A DNA stretch of 26,292 bases, taken from the NCBI GenBank assembly GCA_035459405.1, contig DATHXZ010000271.1:1-26292 (forward strand), given 5' to 3'. Of the stretch, positions 25,105-26,292 are shown one piece after another. The notes below the pieces were generated by a model. The model was not told where the DNA came from, did no database searches, and worked only from the letters and a program-made list of their open reading frames with translations. Positions within the stretch are counted from its first letter, which is position 1, and each line of letters begins with the position of its first letter. The stretch comes from Chthoniobacterales bacterium (lineage in GTDB: Bacteria > Verrucomicrobiota > Verrucomicrobiia > Chthoniobacterales > UBA10450). The position numbers and the translations under genes are program-made.

Positions 25105-25710
25105 TCAGCTGGCAAGATATGCCTTCAATCGCTCGCGAAGCTCAGTGCGGGCGCGGAACAACAGGCTCTTCACAGCCGGGACCGATTGATCCAGCACGTC
25201 GGCGATCTCTTCGTAACTGAGTTCCTCGTAACGACGCAGCACCACAGCCATCCTTTGGCTTTCCGGTAGCTCGCCGATCGCCGCCTCGATCGCGCTTTGA
25301 AGCTCACCTTCGAGGAGCGACGCGTCGGGGGTCTGGCCACGTTCGTCCTTCAGCTGCATCTCCTCTCCCTCGGGTTCCGTCTGAAGCGGCGTGAGCGCGT
25401 GACGTTTTCGGCGGCGCATTTCGTTGAACACCAGATTGCGGGTGATCTTGAGGAGCCACGTCGTGAACTTCGCGCGGGGCTCGTATCGCTTGGCGCTTTT
25501 CCAAACTCTCACGAACACCTGCTGCGCCACGTCCTCAACGTCCGCGTTGCTGCCAAGCATCCGTCCGACAGTTCCGGCGACAAGCGTTTGGTGGCGCCCG
25601 ACCAGCTGCTCGAATGCCGCCATGTCGCCCCCGCTCACCAAGTGCATCAACCGCACGTCCTCAGCGTCGCCTTCGGCAACTCCCGCTGAAGGTGGATCTT
25701 GGCGGGACAT
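25105..25710 (-). CDS. ECF-family RNA polymerase sigma-70 factor
   Basis: AFEQLV.RHQ, ADVEDVAQQVFVRVW, KFTTWLLKITRN, LPESQRMAVVLRRYEELSYEEIADVL...VKSLLFRARTELR. Confidence 0.95.
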   Translation of the reverse strand: MSRQDPPSAGVAEGDAEDVRLMHLVSGGDMAAFEQLVGRHQTLVAGTVGRMLGSNADVEDVAQQVFVRVWKSAKRYEPRAKFTTWLLKITRNLVFNEMRRRKRHALTPLQTEPEGEEMQLKDERGQTPDASLLEGELQSAIEAAIGELPESQRMAVVLRRYEELSYEEIADVLDQSVPAVKSLLFRARTELRERLKAYLAS

Positions 25711-25791
25711 CGCTCGGTTGGACGCAGTGGAGGCGTTGAATATTTAGCGGGAACGCCCGTCGCCTGATAATTCGGTCGCGGCTCGTGTATG

Positions 25792-25820
25792 ATACGTCCG
25801 CAGCGGTGCTTTTTGTTGCA
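25792..25820 (-). promoter_or_regulatory. Possible ECF-type (autoregulatory) promoter
   Basis: Minus strand TGCAAC-AAAAA...-CGTAT with an 18-nt spacer, 1-2 nt longer than the typical AAC/CGT spacing. Confidence 0.3.
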
Positions 25821-25871
25821 ACCGGAAGAGCGCGTGTGCATCATAGCTGCTCAATTTTCCGCACTTTGTTG

Positions 25872-26292
25872 ATGAACTTTTCTCTCATTCCGGGCGAACT
25901 TCGAGCAATCGCCGAGAAGGTGGATGCTGGTGTGCGCATCAGCGAACCTGACGCTCTCGCCTTGTACTCGAGCCGTGATCTCAACGCGCTTGGCATCATG
26001 GCCAGCGTGGTGCGCGAGCGGAAGAACGGCAATTTCGCGACCTACATCCACAATCGCTACATCAACTACTCGAACCTTTGCATCCTCTCGTGCCAGTTCT
26101 GCGCGTTCGCCGCACGGAAGCGCGATGCTCATGCCTTCGAGCTCTCGGTCGACGAAATCGTCAGCACGGTGCAAGACGCTCTGCGGCTCGGGATTACCGA
26201 GGTGCACATGGTCGGCGGTCTGCACCCGAGTCTGAAAAAGGACTGGTATCTGACGCTGCTCCGCCGTGTCCGTGCGCTGAACCCTGATCTGG
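25872..26292 (+). CDS. mqnE: Aminofutalosine synthase MqnE-like radical SAM enzyme, partial (runs off the right edge)
   Basis: Manual translation MNFSLIPGEL...NRYINYSNLCILSCQFCAF (CxxxCxxC)...GITEVHMVGGLHP..L...WYL. The CofH/MqnC/MqnE family is certain; the MqnE subtype is likely. Confidence 0.8.
   Translation, partial: MNFSLIPGELRAIAEKVDAGVRISEPDALALYSSRDLNALGIMASVVRERKNGNFATYIHNRYINYSNLCILSCQFCAFAARKRDAHAFELSVDEIVSTVQDALRLGITEVHMVGGLHPSLKKDWYLTLLRRVRALNPDL

Noticed and set aside
25650-25670. DAED motif in the ECF sigma as a sign of a phosphorylation-activated ECF group
   Set aside because: This DAED lies in the N-terminal leader rather than region 2.2 (which reads DVED). No extended Ser/Thr-containing 2.2 insert or adjacent kinase gene is seen.

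Overview
About 18 kb of this window (3125-21292) is one fused ribosomal-protein superoperon: rpsL-rpsG-fusA-rpsJ...secY-adk-map, then rpmJ-rpsM-rpsK-rpsD. The DNA is GC-rich and the organism is probably Verrucomicrobiota (Chthoniobacterales-like). That assignment is an inference from gene order and sequence style: tuf, rpsN, rpmD, infA, rpoA and rplQ are all missing from their usual positions. The left flank holds a partial TIGR01777-like oxidoreductase, a DoxX-like membrane protein, a multiply frameshifted FadL/OmpP1-like remnant and a secreted hypothetical protein. The right flank holds a small hypothetical protein, an orphan receiver-domain protein, a DUF2934-like protein, a YvlD/holin_4_2-like membrane protein, an orphan secretin, an ECF sigma factor and a partial MqnE-like radical SAM gene. 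The most unusual observations are: (1) a non-ribosomal exported coiled-coil/beta-domain gene inserted between rpsS and rplV and bracketed by two kinds of repeat; (2) a SecY with an apparent 11th C-terminal transmembrane helix; (3) related promoter-plus-hairpin leaders in front of rpsL and rpmJ, the latter with pseudoknot/switch potential; (4) long Lys/Ala/Pro-rich tails on several r-proteins. No tRNA, rRNA, CRISPR array or transposase was seen. All family calls come from motif recognition; no searches were run.
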